Shown: positions 38,091 to 52,064, counted from the first letter of the stretch. The stretch is DNA of 64,000 bases from Octopus sinensis (GCF_006345805.1 NC_043003.1:107508001-107572000), one strand, 5' to 3'. The notes: generated by a model from the sequence alone, not told the origin. Numbers and translations: made by a program.

Positions 38091-38672
38091 CTAAAAGGGA
38101 GAAATAATAAAACAAAGTAAAGACCTTTAAAAATTGTTAAGGGAACATTTCATTTTTACTGAGATTTATTTCTCATTGTTAGAATTGCCAGGTAAGAATT
38201 TCTTTTATTTTCAAATTTTAATGCTATTTTCATTTAGCCTCAGAAAAGTTCTGATCAAGCGGACCTATGATCAAAGCTGTGCTAGGCATGGCCATCTAAT
38301 ATTGTCATCTCAATGTATCTAGGACTACATTATCCAGTGTGTTATTTATCGATTTATTTTTCTAGAAAACATACATTATATTTAGTGGGAGACTTAGCTG
38401 CTATTGTTCCCAACATGTCAAATAACTACACAGAGACTTCCAAGTTGGCTTAAATGTCACCACCACCACCACCACAGATCATGTCATATGATAAATATAG
38501 CAAATATAATTATTCAAATGTGGCAGATAATTCATAGTATGGTGATATTGCAGTAGTGAAACATCCATTGACTTATCAAACAGTATAAATAGGGAAATAA
38601 AATAGAATTATATGTAGAAGGAATAACATGATATTAGATACAGTACAACAATTAAAAAAAGGTTCTACTCAC

Positions 38673-38794
38673 TGTTATGATCTTGAATCATGTGAGCGAA
38701 TTTGTTATTAAAGAAAGCTATTACTTCCAATAAACCAAAAGTAAATGCAGATGACGAAGATATAAGGGTTGAATACAAGAATACCTGGAAAGAG
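38673..38794 (-). CDS. DHHC palmitoyltransferase coding exon 4 (TM3)
   Basis: CATTTTAG|C ... A|GTGAGT; (V)SFQVFLYSTLISSSSAFTFGLLEVIAFFNNKFAHMIQDHN, fitting the post-DHHC NxxxFxxFL pattern. Confidence 0.82.
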
Positions 38795-39251
38795 CTAAAA
38801 TGATAAGAAAAATACTAGAATAATTTTTGAAACTATTTCATGTAAATAATTTGATCTACTAGAAAATAGATACCACTTTAAATAATTGAGTATGCAGTTG
38901 TATGTATGGCTGTCTAGTGAAGAATTCCACTTTGTTACCCTGTGAATTTGGGCTCAATTACATTGCAGGGAAATTTGTGGAAGAAGCTTCCTACTATGAC
39001 ATTGGGTTGTCTAGTACCCAATGAGGGAATAATTTGTCATACATAGAGCACAGGAGTAGCTGTATGGTAAGAAGAAACTTACTAGTGTCTTTTACTATAG
39101 CCTTGGGCCAACCAAAGCCTTGTGAGCGCATTTGGTAGATGGAAACTGAAAGAAGCCCGTCGTATATATATACATATACATATATATATATATATATTAT
39201 ATATATATATATATAATATATATATATATATATACACATATATATATATAT

Positions 39252-39307
<56 letters not shown>

Positions 39308-39309
39308 TA

Positions 39310-39344
<35 letters not shown>

Positions 39345-39359
39345 TTTTTCTTTTCTAGT

Positions 39360-40701
39360 TTCAGCTCAGAGCTGCGGCCATGCTGATGCACCGCTGTTTT
39401 GTGCTACACTGTTATTGCGAAGAACCTCGTCTAATATGTGGCACTTGGTGAAGAATGGAGTTTGATATAGCTACTCTCATTTGCACCTCATGCCGTGAGG
39501 TAGGTTCATCTGGGACTCTCGACAGGAAGATGTCCAGCTTTGATTTAAAAACCGCTACATCTACTTTGTGCAAGTTCCTCAGACTCTTTGGGAGAATATT
39601 AAAAAGCTGTGGGCCCTTGAAACCCAGGCTGTTGCGGAAGCTGGTCCTGAAGCGTGATGGCATTGCTGGGATCTTTGGCACTATGCAGTGTCGTCCCGTT
39701 CTAGCATTGGTGTAGCTTTCAATGCCAAAATTTGGCACAATTCCTTCCAGGATCTTCCAGACATATACTACTGCATACCTCTCCTGTCTTCTCTCCAGGG
39801 AGTAGAGTCTTAGCTGTTTCAACCTTTCCCAGTAGCTGAGCTGTTGCAAAGAGACAATCTTCTTTGTGAATCTTCTCTGGATTGCTTCAAGGTCCGCTGT
39901 TAATTTTACACTGGTGGGTGACCATAGCTGTTAGCAGTAATCCAGGCGGCTGAGGATGAATGTCCGCCAGAGGACCATCATGGTTTCCTTATCTCTGGTT
40001 CTGAATGTTCTTAGGATCCACCCAGCCAGTCATCTGCACTTTGTCGCCATCCTGGTAATGTGCACTTGGAAAGAGGTATCATCACTCATGTCGATACCCA
40101 GGTCACTCACAGACTTAGGCTCTGGGATTGAAATTCCCTGTGGACCAGTGTATCCTGTAAGTTTAATATTCAGTTTTGGATGCTGGTAGCGCAGGGCCTG
40201 GAATTTTTCAGCATTAAACTGCATATTATTATCCTCAGCCCATCTGTAGATTGAGTCCAACTCCTGCTGCAGGTGTGCAACATCGCTGGGGTTCTGAATT
40301 TTCTGCGAGACTTTCGTATTGTCTGCATAGCGGGCCAGAGTGGCTATTCGGGCATTTGAGGGCATATCTGAGAGGGCCACTATAAAAAGCAGTGGTCCCA
40401 AGACAGTGCCCTGTAGAACACAGCTCACTATTTGTGTGTTCATAGAGGTGGCTCCATTAACCACTACTGCCTGACTCCTATTTTTCAGGAAGTCATGTAA
40501 CCACACTCCAAGTTTTCCAGCTATGCCGAGGTCACTCAGTTTGTGGCATATCATACCATGATCCTCCTTGTCAAAAGCTTTTGCAAAATCAAGGTAGATT
40601 ACGTCCACATTTGATTTGTTGAGTAACTGCCTCAACACCCAGTCATAATGTTGTAAGAGCTGGGTCAGGCAGCTCCTACCTGGTCGAAAACCATGCTGGG
40701 T

Positions 40702-40704
<3 letters not shown>
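39360..40704 (-). mobile_element. 5'-truncated CR1/Jockey-group LINE (RT + C-terminus)
   Basis: DVIYLDFAKAFDK, VLQGTVLGPLLF, YADNT, NMQFNAEK; LSYWERLKQLRLYSLERR...FKSKLDIFL. Confidence 0.88.
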
Positions 40705-40744
<40 letters not shown>

Positions 40745-40774
40745 GCGAGAAAGAAGCAACAAGAATGGATAGGT

Positions 40775-40865
40775 TTTTAGTACAATCGTTTCATACAAGG
40801 ACAGGCTTTATTAAATGTTGCAAAAATTACAGCATATAAACGTGTCCCGTACTCATCAGCTAAAA
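40775..40865 (-). ncRNA. Type I hammerhead ribozyme (PLE pLTR, sense copy)
   Basis: Reverse complement of 43785-43875. Confidence 0.7.
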
Positions 40866-43784
40866 TACATGTGAGTTCTCTAGACATCCTAGTGGTTGAG
40901 GCTATACTCATGAAGTAATGTAGATAATTAAGTAACATAAACAGATTTCCAAAGTTCATTAAAGTTCTTTAAAGATGATGTACAGTCTTATCACAGAATT
41001 TTAAAAAAGTTTTAATAGCATCACAGAGAAGGTGACCTAATCCATAGTGCACATATGAATTTCCAGAGATATGAGGAGGGATTACATACTCACAGACGAC
41101 AAATTTATCCATTGTTAATCACAACGAGGTGGGTCTCAATTCCTGCTTATTAGCATTACAGAGAGGGTGAATTAATCCTTTGTATAGATGCACAATTTCC
41201 AATGGTGTAGATGTAAATTTCCAGAGAAATGAAGAGGATTTCATATTCACAGGCGATAAATTTATCAATGGTTGAACACAATGAGGTAGGTATCAATTCT
41301 TGTTATATGATTAGGTATTTGCCACATTAATCACATTACTGCTATTTACAAGAGGCTGTAGCTATTTAACTTTTAAAGGCTGAAGGGCTTTCTAGAGAAG
41401 CAAAGAACAGAAAAGGGAAGGGAAGAGAAGAAAAGAGAGAAAATAAAGGAGGAGGGAGCAAAAAGGGGGGGAGGGGGGAAAAGAGAAGAGAAAAGGAAAA
41501 GAGAGAATAAGAAGAAGAAAAAGAAAAAGAGAAAAGAGAAAAGAGAAAGAAATAGGAAAGAAGGGAAAAAAAAGAAAAGAAAAAAAGAAGGTTCTAGTTA
41601 TACAGAAGAATTAGTAGACGGCAAGTCTGGTTTTAATTTACAGGCATCTAGGAACTAGAGGAGAATATTATTCTTTGACCAGTAAAACAGCTAATTTATT
41701 GCTGTTGAAATCAGCTATGAATTTAAAGAGAATCTAAAGAGATAACACGGTCAGGGGTTTAGGGGTCAGAGGCTAAAATCAAAAGAAAATACATTAGGAA
41801 AATCTAAGTATAATCTTATCAAAAAGTCATTAAAATTTATTTATTTCATTTATTCATTTTATTGACTTAAGGAGTTGCCGTTATTATTCATACATTGACG
41901 GACTACAGGTCAAATCTTAGAAGATCATTTACAAGGTGTTAGGGAATTGTCTATCATAATGAAGATAATCATATTATCACGAGGGAGGAGTAGCCTTATT
42001 TATTTAATTTTGAAATAGAATTATGGGGCTTTAGTAACTCATTTTATTTTATTAAAGTTATGCTACTTAAATTAGATTAAGTTAAGAATTAAAATTAAAA
42101 ATTACAATTAAGATTTAAAATTAAGATTTAAAATTATGAGTTTGAAATTAAATAAAGCCTCAATTAAGCAGCGTATAAGTACTATTCATTCCCTGTCCTC
42201 AAAAAACTGATGCAGATATAAGGAAAAAGATAACTGTAGTGTGAGAACTCTTAGTTATCTACTTAAAGCAGTGCTATACTAGTAAAAATCAAGTTATATC
42301 TATCTATCTATCTAGTTACGAATATTCTAATCATTTAAAATATTTTAAGTCTTCAATTTAGCGTGGACACAAACTTGACCTAGTTCGATATGGTTATTCA
42401 ATAAGTTTCTATGTTTTCTATGCTTTAGAATTTCATACGTCTCCATGGAGCATAGTTGGCAACCAACCCTACTATTTTTATACGGAATTGCTCTCCTAAC
42501 TATTTCCCAATTAAGGTTATAATTATTATTATTATTTTTGAGTTCCCAGATTTTTTTTGAAAGTGTGGTTGGTACCAGCTTTATGACGTAATTTAAAAGA
42601 CGAGATGTGATTTCTAACTCTGGCTAGAAAATTAATTGTACATCCAATGTAAAAATATTTGTTATTCTCCGTGGATATGGTACATTTATAGATTACATTA
42701 TTTTCCCCGCATAGACCAGGTGCCGGGCATTTTGATTTTATTCTACACTTACACACAGGAGGAACAACTTCAGGTTTTGGATTATTCTTGGGTAGATGTC
42801 TTAGGTTCCTATTATTTTGATTATCATGAGTATAATTGTCCTTATTGTTATTAATATTTCTATAGTTGGTGCTGATATCTAAAGTATTGCTATTATTATT
42901 GATCCTTCTGTTTCATCATTTAGGTCTAAAGTCCTACCATGATTTCTTATATTATTGGTAATGTTACTATTATTGTTAGTCTTTTTATCCGACTGCATAT
43001 TGTTGTTATAGATGTCACTGATATTTTCATTCTCCTTATTTTCTCCATTAGCCTTATTTTTATTATTTCTATTATTAACATATTACTTCTATTAATATCG
43101 GCATTGTTATTATTAATATTAATGTTAATGTTATTAGTCCTTCTGTGGTTACTAATTTCACCTATGTTTTGATAGTTACTATTGCTGTTTTTATTGTTGG
43201 TAGTATTATTATAATTGCTATTGGTATTCATGCTGATATTATTATTTTTATTTCTATCTTTCCTGGCTAGTTTTAATGTTGTTATTATTAATCTTAGCTA
43301 TTAAAGTGGACATATTTGGGAGGGTTGAATAAGAAATCCTAACTGTTTTCCTAGAAATAATTCTATGATATCAATGAGAGATAGGGAAATTTTTTTCCAG
43401 AATTACTTTGAATTTGTTCTGTATATCCGATTGTATCGCACAGTTGAAAGGAATATTCAGCCATAATATATCTTTTTTATTACCCTCTCTGTAATGCTAA
43501 GAAGCAGGAATTGAGACCCACCTCGTTGTGATTAACAATGGATAAATTTGTCGTCTGTGAGTATGTAATCCCTCCTCATATCTCTGGAAATTCATATGTG
43601 CACTATGGATTAGGTCACCTTCTCTGTGATGCTATTAAAACTTTTTTAAAATTCTGTGATAAGACTGTACATCATCTTTAAAGAACTTTAATGAACTTTG
43701 GAAATCTGTTTATGTTACTTAATTATCTACATTACTTCATGAGTATAGCCTCAACCACTAGGATGTCTAGAGAACTCACATGTA

Positions 43785-43875
43785 TTTTAGCTGATGAGTA
43801 CGGGACACGTTTATATGCTGTAATTTTTGCAACATTTAATAAAGCCTGTCCTTGTATGAAACGATTGTACTAAAA
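43785..43875 (+). ncRNA. Type I hammerhead ribozyme (inverted pLTR copy)
   Basis: UUUUAG-CUGAUGA-GUACGGGAC...GUCCUUGUAU-GAAA-CGAUUG-UA-CUAAAA; GUA cleavage at 43867-43869; G-U instead of G-C closing stem II. Confidence 0.7.
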
Positions 43876-44024
43876 ACCTATCCATTCTTGTTGCTTCTTT
43901 CTCGCTTATAATCACCCCACATTACTGTATTGTTAAAACAGTATAGTTTTTTTTGGTGCATCTAAGTTAGGTACCATATTCAAGTAAATTCATTTAAATT
44001 AACTTGAATCTTTATTGCTTTTTG

Positions 44025-44056
<32 letters not shown>

Positions 44057-44072
44057 TTATATATATACATAA

Positions 44073-44110
<38 letters not shown>

Positions 44111-44232
44111 CATACATATATATATATATGCATACATATATATACATAATATATATATATACATACATATATATATATACATACATACATACATATATAC
44201 ATACATATATATATATACATACATACATAATC

Positions 44233-44286
<54 letters not shown>

Positions 44287-44349
44287 TATTATAATCCAAA
44301 CGGGAAACAAAAAAAAACAACAACAATGGAACAAATACAGTATTATTAT

Positions 44350-47300
44350 TAATAGGCGCTCAGGAAATGGAAGCAGGGAGGTATGACGGTTTCGAGCGGA
44401 GCTCTTCGTCGGAAACATAAAGAAGGAAGAGAGAGGAAAGAAAGATCCCAGAGCGGGCAACAGGGATAGGGATAGAGAAAAAAAAACGACTGGTGTTTAC
44501 GAGTTGCACATGGTGAAAGGCGGATGTTTACGATAACAAGAGCAAAGTAGGTTTTTAAAGGCAAAAGAGTGGAGACAAGGTTGGTAACGCAACAGATGTG
44601 TGTGTATGTGTGAGTGTGTGCGTGTGCGTGTGTGTATGTGTGTGTGTGTGAGGCGAGGAAAAAAACAAAAAATATATGTATGTGTAGTGTGTGCGTCTGT
44701 GTGTAGGCGTGTGAGGTAGGGTGGTAGGGCGAGACACTGGTCAGTATAGCAGACAAAGGTCAGTAGTAAGAAAAAAGAAAAAGAAGGAAGGAGGAAGGGA
44801 GGGAGGGGAAGGGGGTGGGGGCGTATGTAGCATGCCAGGTGTGTTGAGTAGTAGTGTGTGTGTGTGTCCAGTGTCGTGGTAGTATTAATGGCGAGTAGAT
44901 TGAATGTGTGTAAGAGTAATGTATATATTAAGCAATGATGTGTGTATATGTGTGTGCGCGTGTGTGTAACGAAAAGGGGGGGGTTAAGGAAAAAGGACTC
45001 CAGCTGAGGGGAAGATGGAAGAGTGGTCCCGCGGAGACAGGCGTGGGAAAACCCAACGACAAGCGATGGTCCCAGGGACGGGCGGGAGGTCTCGTCGGGT
45101 CCAAGAGCGAGGTGCATGCGGCGCGTATGCGTGCGCGAACCGGCGCAAGCGCGTGTGTGCGCGCGCCTGCGAGTATGCGCGTAAGTATGTATGTGTGTGG
45201 ATGTGTGTGAGTGTGTCTGTGTGTGTATGTGTCGGGTGGCAGTGTGTCCGATGAATGTATGTGAGTAGTGTGTGTTATATGTGGTGCATAGATGTATGTC
45301 CGTGTGTGTGTGTGTGTATGAGTGTGTATGTATGTACGTGTGGGTGTGGGGAAGTGTGTGTATGTGCATGTGTGTGCGCGTACATACAGGTGTGTGGAGT
45401 GAGTGTGTGTGTGTGTTGTATGTGTGAGTGTGTATGTATGTGTGTGTAGGATGCATGTATGTGTATGGGTTGTATGTATGCGTGGTGTATGTATGTAGTG
45501 TACGTGTGTACGTGTGTGTGTGTGTATGCGTGTAGGTGTGCGCGTGTGCATGCATGCATGCATGTGCGTAGTGTGTGTGTGTGCATGTGTGTGGGGGTAT
45601 AATGTATGTGCGTATATGTGTGTGTATGTGCGTACATGTGTGTGTGTGTATGCTGTGTGTGTATGTAGGTGTGTAGGCGTGTGTGTATAGGTGTATGTAT
45701 GTAAGTATGTATGGGTGTGTCCGTGTATGTGTGTGTATGTAGGTGTGGGGGGTGTGTATATGTGTGTGTATGTAGGGTGTGGGGCGTGTGTATATAGGTG
45801 TATGTGTGTATGTCTGGGTGTGTCCGTGCATGTTGTGTGTGTTGTGTGTGTATGCATGTGTATGTAGGTGTGTGTGTACGTGTGTAATGTATGTGTGTAT
45901 GCGTGTGTATGCGTGCGTGTGTGTATGTAGGTGCGTGTGTATGTGGTGTGGAGTGTAGGTGTGTGTGTGCGTGTGCGTGTTTATGTTGGGTGGTGCGTAT
46001 GTGAGTGTGAGTGTATGGGTGTTTGTCATGCATGTGTGTGCGCGTGCAGGTGAGTGTGTGTGTATGTGTGTGTGTATGTTTGTGTGAGTGTGTATGTGTG
46101 TATGTGTGTGTGTATGTATGTGCGTATAGGAGTATGTAGGTATGTGTGGGTGTATGTATGGGTGTATGGGTGTATGTATGTATGTGTGTGTGTGCATGTG
46201 TATAATAGTATGTGTGTGTGTGCGTATGGTGTGTATGTGTATGTGTGTGTGTTTATGTATGTGTGTATGTATGTGTGTAGGCGTGTGTGTGTAGATGTAT
46301 GTATGTATGGGTGTGTGTCTGTGTGTGTTTGTGTGTGTGTGTGTAGGTAGATGTGTGTGTCTGAGTGAGGGTATGGCTGTGTAGGTGTGTGTGTGTATGA
46401 ATGTAAGTGTGTGTGTATACAAGTGTAATGTATGTATGTAGGTGTGTGTGTGTGTGTGTGTATGTGTACGTGTGCGTGTGTATGTGTGTGTGTGTATGCG
46501 TGTGAGTGTGAGTGTATGGGTGTATGTCTGTGTGTGTGTATGTATGCATACATACGCATGCGCACATCCGAAGCAAGCCCACACATACGAAGTGCGCTCA
46601 CGCACACAACGCACAAGCAGTACAACGCAAGCCCAAGGGGCCGACCAAGCCCCCAGCGCGCGCCAAGGCCCTCGAACGCCCCGCTACGCGGGAACCGAGG
46701 ATCCATCAGCCAAAACCGGAAAGCAGAAAAGAGGGGGGGGCTGCCTGGATGCAAAAAGGTGTATGTGTGTGTGCATTCAGTGTAAGGGTGTGCATGTGTG
46801 GGTATGTATGTATGTATGTGCCTACATGTATGTGTGCATGTGTGTGTGTGTGAAGTATGTACGTGCGGTGTGTGTGTGTGAGTGTGTGTGTATGTATGTG
46901 CGTATGTATGTGTGTGTGTGTGTGTATGTATGTCTGTGTGTGTGTGTGTGTGTGTAAGTATGTATGTGTGTGTGTATGTATGTATGTGTGTGTGTATGTG
47001 CATGTTGGTTTGTATGTTAGTGTGTGCAAGTATGTCTGTGTGTGTGATTAAATGTGTGAATGTATGTACGTAGATGGGTCTACGTATGTGTGTGTGTGAA
47101 CAGGCGGCGTGTGGGAGGTAGGTGGGTGGGTGTGGTGGGGTGTGTGTCCGGAAAAAAAAAAAACGGATCTCAAGAGGAGGGGGCTGTGTTAAGTCCGTGT
47201 GGGGTGGTGTAGTTGTAGGGTGAAGATGTAGCGTTGCTCTAAGTGGAGCTGGAAAGTGGGCGACCATTGTGGGGGGCGAGACCAAACACTGAGATGTCAT

Positions 47301-47715
47301 CTAGCGAATGGCCGGCCGAGCGGAAGTGGAGCGGTGCGACGGGAAAAAGAGTGTAGGCGAACGTCCCTCAAGTGTTCAGTGAAACGGTCGGACAACCGGC
47401 GTCCCGTCTGTCCTACATACAGCATCCCGCATAGGTTGCATAATGCAGTAAATAAGGCCAGACGAGGTGCACGTAAAAGAGTGCCTAATGCGTACAGTAT
47501 GCAGGTTGGAGCCGGTGACAGCGGTGGTGTTGGTGATGAAGGGGCAAGTGTTGCAGCGGGATCTAGAGCAGGGAATGATCCGTGTGGGGCTGAGGGGGAA
47601 GGAGAGAGGGTGCTGTGGACCAGGAGGTCACGCAGATTGCGGGCTCGTTTGAAAGAGGACAGGGGTGGGTTAGGGAAAATGGGGCGGGTGGTGGGATCAA
47701 GCTGGAGGCGACGAC
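44350..47715 (-). mobile_element. Second Penelope-like element (C-terminal GIY-YIG) with long (CA)-rich 3' region
   Basis: ORF 47297-47715: IFPNPPLSSFKRARNLRDLLV...CNLCGMLYVGQTGRRLSDRFTEHLRD; degenerate hammerhead-like motif at ~44381-44420. Left boundary inferred. Confidence 0.7.
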
Positions 47716-47732
47716 ATACATAACATACATAA

Positions 47733-47773
<41 letters not shown>

Positions 47774-47792
47774 CATACATAAAATACATAAA

Positions 47793-47835
<43 letters not shown>

Positions 47836-47861
47836 CATATACATACATATAAATATATATA

Positions 47862-47905
<44 letters not shown>

Positions 47906-47908
<3 letters not shown>

Positions 47909-48906
47909 GTGTAACTGCTAGAGTAAGAATAGCCTGGGCAAAGTTCAGAGAGCTCTTACCTCTGCTGGTGACAAAAGGCCTCTTGCTCAGAACAAAAAGC
48001 AGACTGTATGACACATGTGTACGAACAGCCATGCTACATGGCAGTGAAACATGGGCTGTGACTGCTGAGGATATGCGTAAGCTCGCAAGAAATGAAGCCA
48101 GTATGCTCCAATGGATGTGTAATGTCAGTGTTCATACTCGACAAAGTGTAAGTACCTTGAGAGAAAAGTTGGACCTAAGAAGCATCAGTTGTGGTGTGCA
48201 AGAGAGAGGTTTGCGCCGGTATGGTCATGTGGCGAGAATGGATGAAGATAGGTGTGTGCAAAGGTGCCACACCCTAGCAGTTGAGGGAACCTGTGGAAGA
48301 GGTAGACCCAGGAAAACCAGGGACGAGGTGGTGAAGAACGACCTTCGAAATTTAGGCCTCACCGAGGAAATGACCAGAGACTGAGACCTTTGGAAGAATG
48401 CTGTGCGTGGGAAGACTCGGCAGGACAAGTGAGACCATAACCCGTGGCCTCTACCTGGGACGTAGCCAGCCCACTTATGCATACCGTTCCTTCTTGTGAC
48501 AAACCCTACTTGTGAAGACCTGTTGAGGCAAGTGAAAATCAAAATCAAAATCGAAATCGAAATCTTTCAACATCAATGGAAATTGTAGCTGAGATACCAG
48601 TGCCGGTGGCATGTAAGAGAACCGTCCGAAGGTGGCTGTTGCCAGCACCGCCCCGAGTGGCCTCTGTGCTGGTGGCACGTAAAAAGCACCATCCGATCGT
48701 GGCCATTTGCCAGCCTCATCTGGCACCTGTGCAGGTGGCACATAAAAAGCAGCCACTACACTCTCGGAGTGGTTGGCGTTAGCATCAAGCTGTAGAAACA
48801 CTGCCAGATCAGACTGGGCCTGGCACAACCTCCTGGCTTACCAGACCCCAGTTGAACCGTCCAACCGATGCTAGCATGGAAAACGGACGTTAAATGATGA
48901 TGATGA

Positions 48907-48910
<4 letters not shown>
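47906..48910 (+). mobile_element. RTE LINE 3' portion (ORF end, 3' UTR, (GAT)n tail)
   Basis: ORF 47968-48384 RLYDTCVRTAMLHGSETWA...YGHVARM...GRGRPRKT; 3' UTR is the source of the dispersed (CAT)n-tailed repeats. Confidence 0.88.
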
Positions 48911-48952
<42 letters not shown>

Positions 48953-48967
48953 GTATATATATATATT

Positions 48968-49006
<39 letters not shown>

Positions 49007-49009
49007 GTA

Positions 49010-49043
<34 letters not shown>

Positions 49044-49100
49044 GTATGTATATATAATATATGTATGTATATATATATATATGTATGTATATATATATAT

Positions 49101-49161
<61 letters not shown>

Positions 49162-49276
49162 ATATATAAGTAATGAGGGAGATAAATTGAATATTAATTT
49201 AATTAATATCAATTTAAAACCAGTAGCCTAGGATACAAAATCTGAAAAATCAGAGAAAATTCTAATACATGTGTAT

Positions 49277-49313
<37 letters not shown>

Positions 49314-50717
49314 CATACATACATACATACATACATACATACATACATACATACATACATACATTCATATATATATAATATATTATATATATATATAATA
49401 TATATATTATATATATATATAATATATATATATATATTATGTATATATATATATGTATATATATATATGTATTATATATTGTATGATACAAATTAGAAGA
49501 TAATATTTTTTCAAATGCAGAGTTGTTGTTAGAACACCAAAAATACAGGTTAAATTACTTACAAGGTGAAAAAGTTTGTCAACAGTCAGCTGTAGGACTC
49601 AAACCCATTTTCTCAAAGACTCGGGCTGAGTGCTAAGTAGTTTTAGCTGTATAGAACAACCATGTATGTAGAAATGTAAACAAGAAAATATTTGTTTTTT
49701 TTATTAGAAGCATCAAAATGAATATTGTACAATACAAATAAGAAGATGATATTTTTTTGAAATGCAGAGTTGCCATTAGAAGAGCAGAAATTCTGGGTCA
49801 AATTACCCTTACATTATACATTTCAACACTTCTAATAAAAAAAACAAATATTTGTTTGTTTACATTTACACACACATGGTTGAATTTGTCAGTGGTAGTT
49901 TAGCTTAATGATAAAGCACTCAACATGAGTCTTTGAGGGGTATGGGTTCGAGTCTATGGCTGGTTGTTGACAAATCTTTCTGCCTTGTAAGAGTAATTTA
50001 CCCTGTATCTCTGCTGTTCTAATGGCAACAATAAATTTTCAAAAATATCTTCTTATTTGTATTGTACAATACACATTTCAATGCTTCTAATAAAAAAAAC
50101 AAATATTTGTTCACATTTATACACACATGGCTGATATGTATATAGGTGCAGGCATGGTTGTGTCATAAGAAGCTTGCTTCTCAACCACATGGTTCCAGGT
50201 TCAGTCTCATTGTGTGGCACCTTGGGCAAATGTCTTCTACAATAGCCTCAGACACACCATAACCTTGTGAGGTTTCGAGGATGGAAACTGAAAGAAGCCC
50301 ATTGTATATATATATCTATGTGTGTGTCTTTGTATCTGTGTTTCTTCCTCACTGCTGCTTGACGACCAGTGTTGGTGTGTTTATGTCCCCCATAACTTAG
50401 TGGTTTGGCAAAAGAGTCTGATAAAATAAGTACTAGACTTAAAAAGATGTTCTGGTGTCAATATGTGTGTGACTAGAACTCTTCAAGGTGGTGCCCCACT
50501 ATAGCTGCACTCAAATAAATAAAAGATAAAAGATGTATGTACACACACATGCATGCACGCACACACACACACAGACACACACGCACACACACTCACTCAC
50601 ACACTGACACACACTCACTCACAGGCACATGCTCTCACACTTGCGCACACACAATACTAGAAACCATTTTATACTAGTTTTTTGCCCTATTATCAAATAA
50701 CTGAGGTTTGAACTTAC

Positions 50718-50819
50718 ACCATATTCTTTTTCCCTATGCAGTTATTTAGCCATGGACAATGATGGTCAAACTCTGATATACATTTGTTGCAGTCACTACA
50801 ATGCCTGGAATCTGAATGG
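50718..50819 (-). CDS. DHHC palmitoyltransferase coding exon 3 (catalytic DHHC motif)
   Basis: TTACAG|C ... GT|GTAAGT; [33 protein letters not shown]. Confidence 0.95.
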
Positions 50820-51699
50820 CTGTAATATAAAGGTGATGACAGAACAGGAATATCTTGTGTGACACATGAAACAATCGAGAAGAAAGAAAATACATAATTT
50901 CCATCTTGTAATAATTCTGCTTAGTGGCACTTAAAAGGTACCATTTGAGTGTGATTGTTACCAGTGTCGCCTTACTGGCATTCGAGCCCCATGCTAGTAG
51001 GGTATTAAGAGCACCATCCGAGTGTGATCATTGCCAGAGCGGCTATCTGGCCGGTGGCACATAAAAGACACCATTCGAGCGTGATCATTACCAGCATCGC
51101 CTTACTGGCACCTGTGCTGGTGGCATGTGTAAAAGATTTGAGCGAGGTCATTGCCAGTACCACCTGACTGGCCGGCTCCATGCCGGTGGCACGTAAAAGC
51201 ACCCACTACACTCTCGTAGTGGTTGGTGTTAGGAAGGGCATCCAGCTGTAGAAACTCTGCCAGATCAAGATTGAAGCCTGGTGCAGCCATCCGGTTCACC
51301 AGTCCTCAGTCATTCGTCCAACCCATGCTAGCATGGAAAGCGGACGTTAAACGATGATGATGATGATGATGATGATGACTTCCTTACTTAGACCATCTGT
51401 AACGCTTCTATGTGATTAGTTGAATGGGTGAGGGGGGGGAGAGGGGTAGTGGTGAGTGAAATGTGTAATATTTTTCTTGAAATAAGTTTTTTTTTTTGCT
51501 CCATTACTTAGTTTGTAATGCTTTCATGTGATTAGCTGAAGGGAAAGGTGAAGAGTGAAAGAAAACAGAGAGAGAAACAGAAGGTAAGGTGAAGAATGAG
51601 AGAAAAAGAGGGAGAGTGTTAAATCTATAAAATTGTGCATAAAGTATATAAAGTGCATTAAGTAATCATTGTATTCCAATTTCTTTCATTTTCCAATAA

Positions 51700-52064
51700 T
51701 CTCTCTCTATATATAAATGGCAAAATGTCCGCATGCATGTCCTTTATACAAATCCACAATTTTCCAGTTAGAGGGCTCGTACTTTGTATGGTCATTCAAA
51801 ACCGTCCAAGGGTGATTGTGCACATCTTTACATTTCCCCAGTTACCCTACAAAGCCATTAAAAAATCAATAGAAGTGACTTTTTTGTGAATTTTCTATCC
51901 AAAACCCAATCAAAATGCCTGAAACTTGATACGCCAATTGAATGCCAGCGAGCTGTATGTGATTGGTTGGAGATTTGGACAGTACTCGCGTGTATGTGTG
52001 CACACATGCAGCTGTATATGCATGCACTAGCACTTGACCTGGCGTTGCCGGGTCATAGTGCTAG
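51700..52064 (+). mobile_element. Non-autonomous Helitron-like element, family C
   Basis: Colinear with 27437-27818, ends CTAG|T. Confidence 0.7.

Larger units (their letters stand above)
40745..43905 (-). mobile_element. Penelope-like retroelement (GIY-YIG fragment) with inverted pseudo-LTRs
   Basis: ~424-bp near-perfect inverted repeat 40745-41168 / 43482-43905; ORF 42532-42756 CKCR..CP..GLC..NVIYKC...YIGCT.NF.AR.RNH.SSF (PLE GIY-YIG endonuclease). Confidence 0.88.

Noticed and set aside
44381-44420. Hammerhead-like motif CCGACGA-AGAGC..GCUC-GAAA (minus strand; similar at ~19441-19470)
   Set aside because: Core mutated (CCGA / CUGUUGA) and stem I not formed; treated as decayed Penelope remnants.
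44497-47300. Long His/Thr-rich and Cys/Val-rich ORFs (705, 424, 309 aa), and similar YI/CV ORFs elsewhere
   Set aside because: Translations of (CA)n/(TA)n microsatellites.
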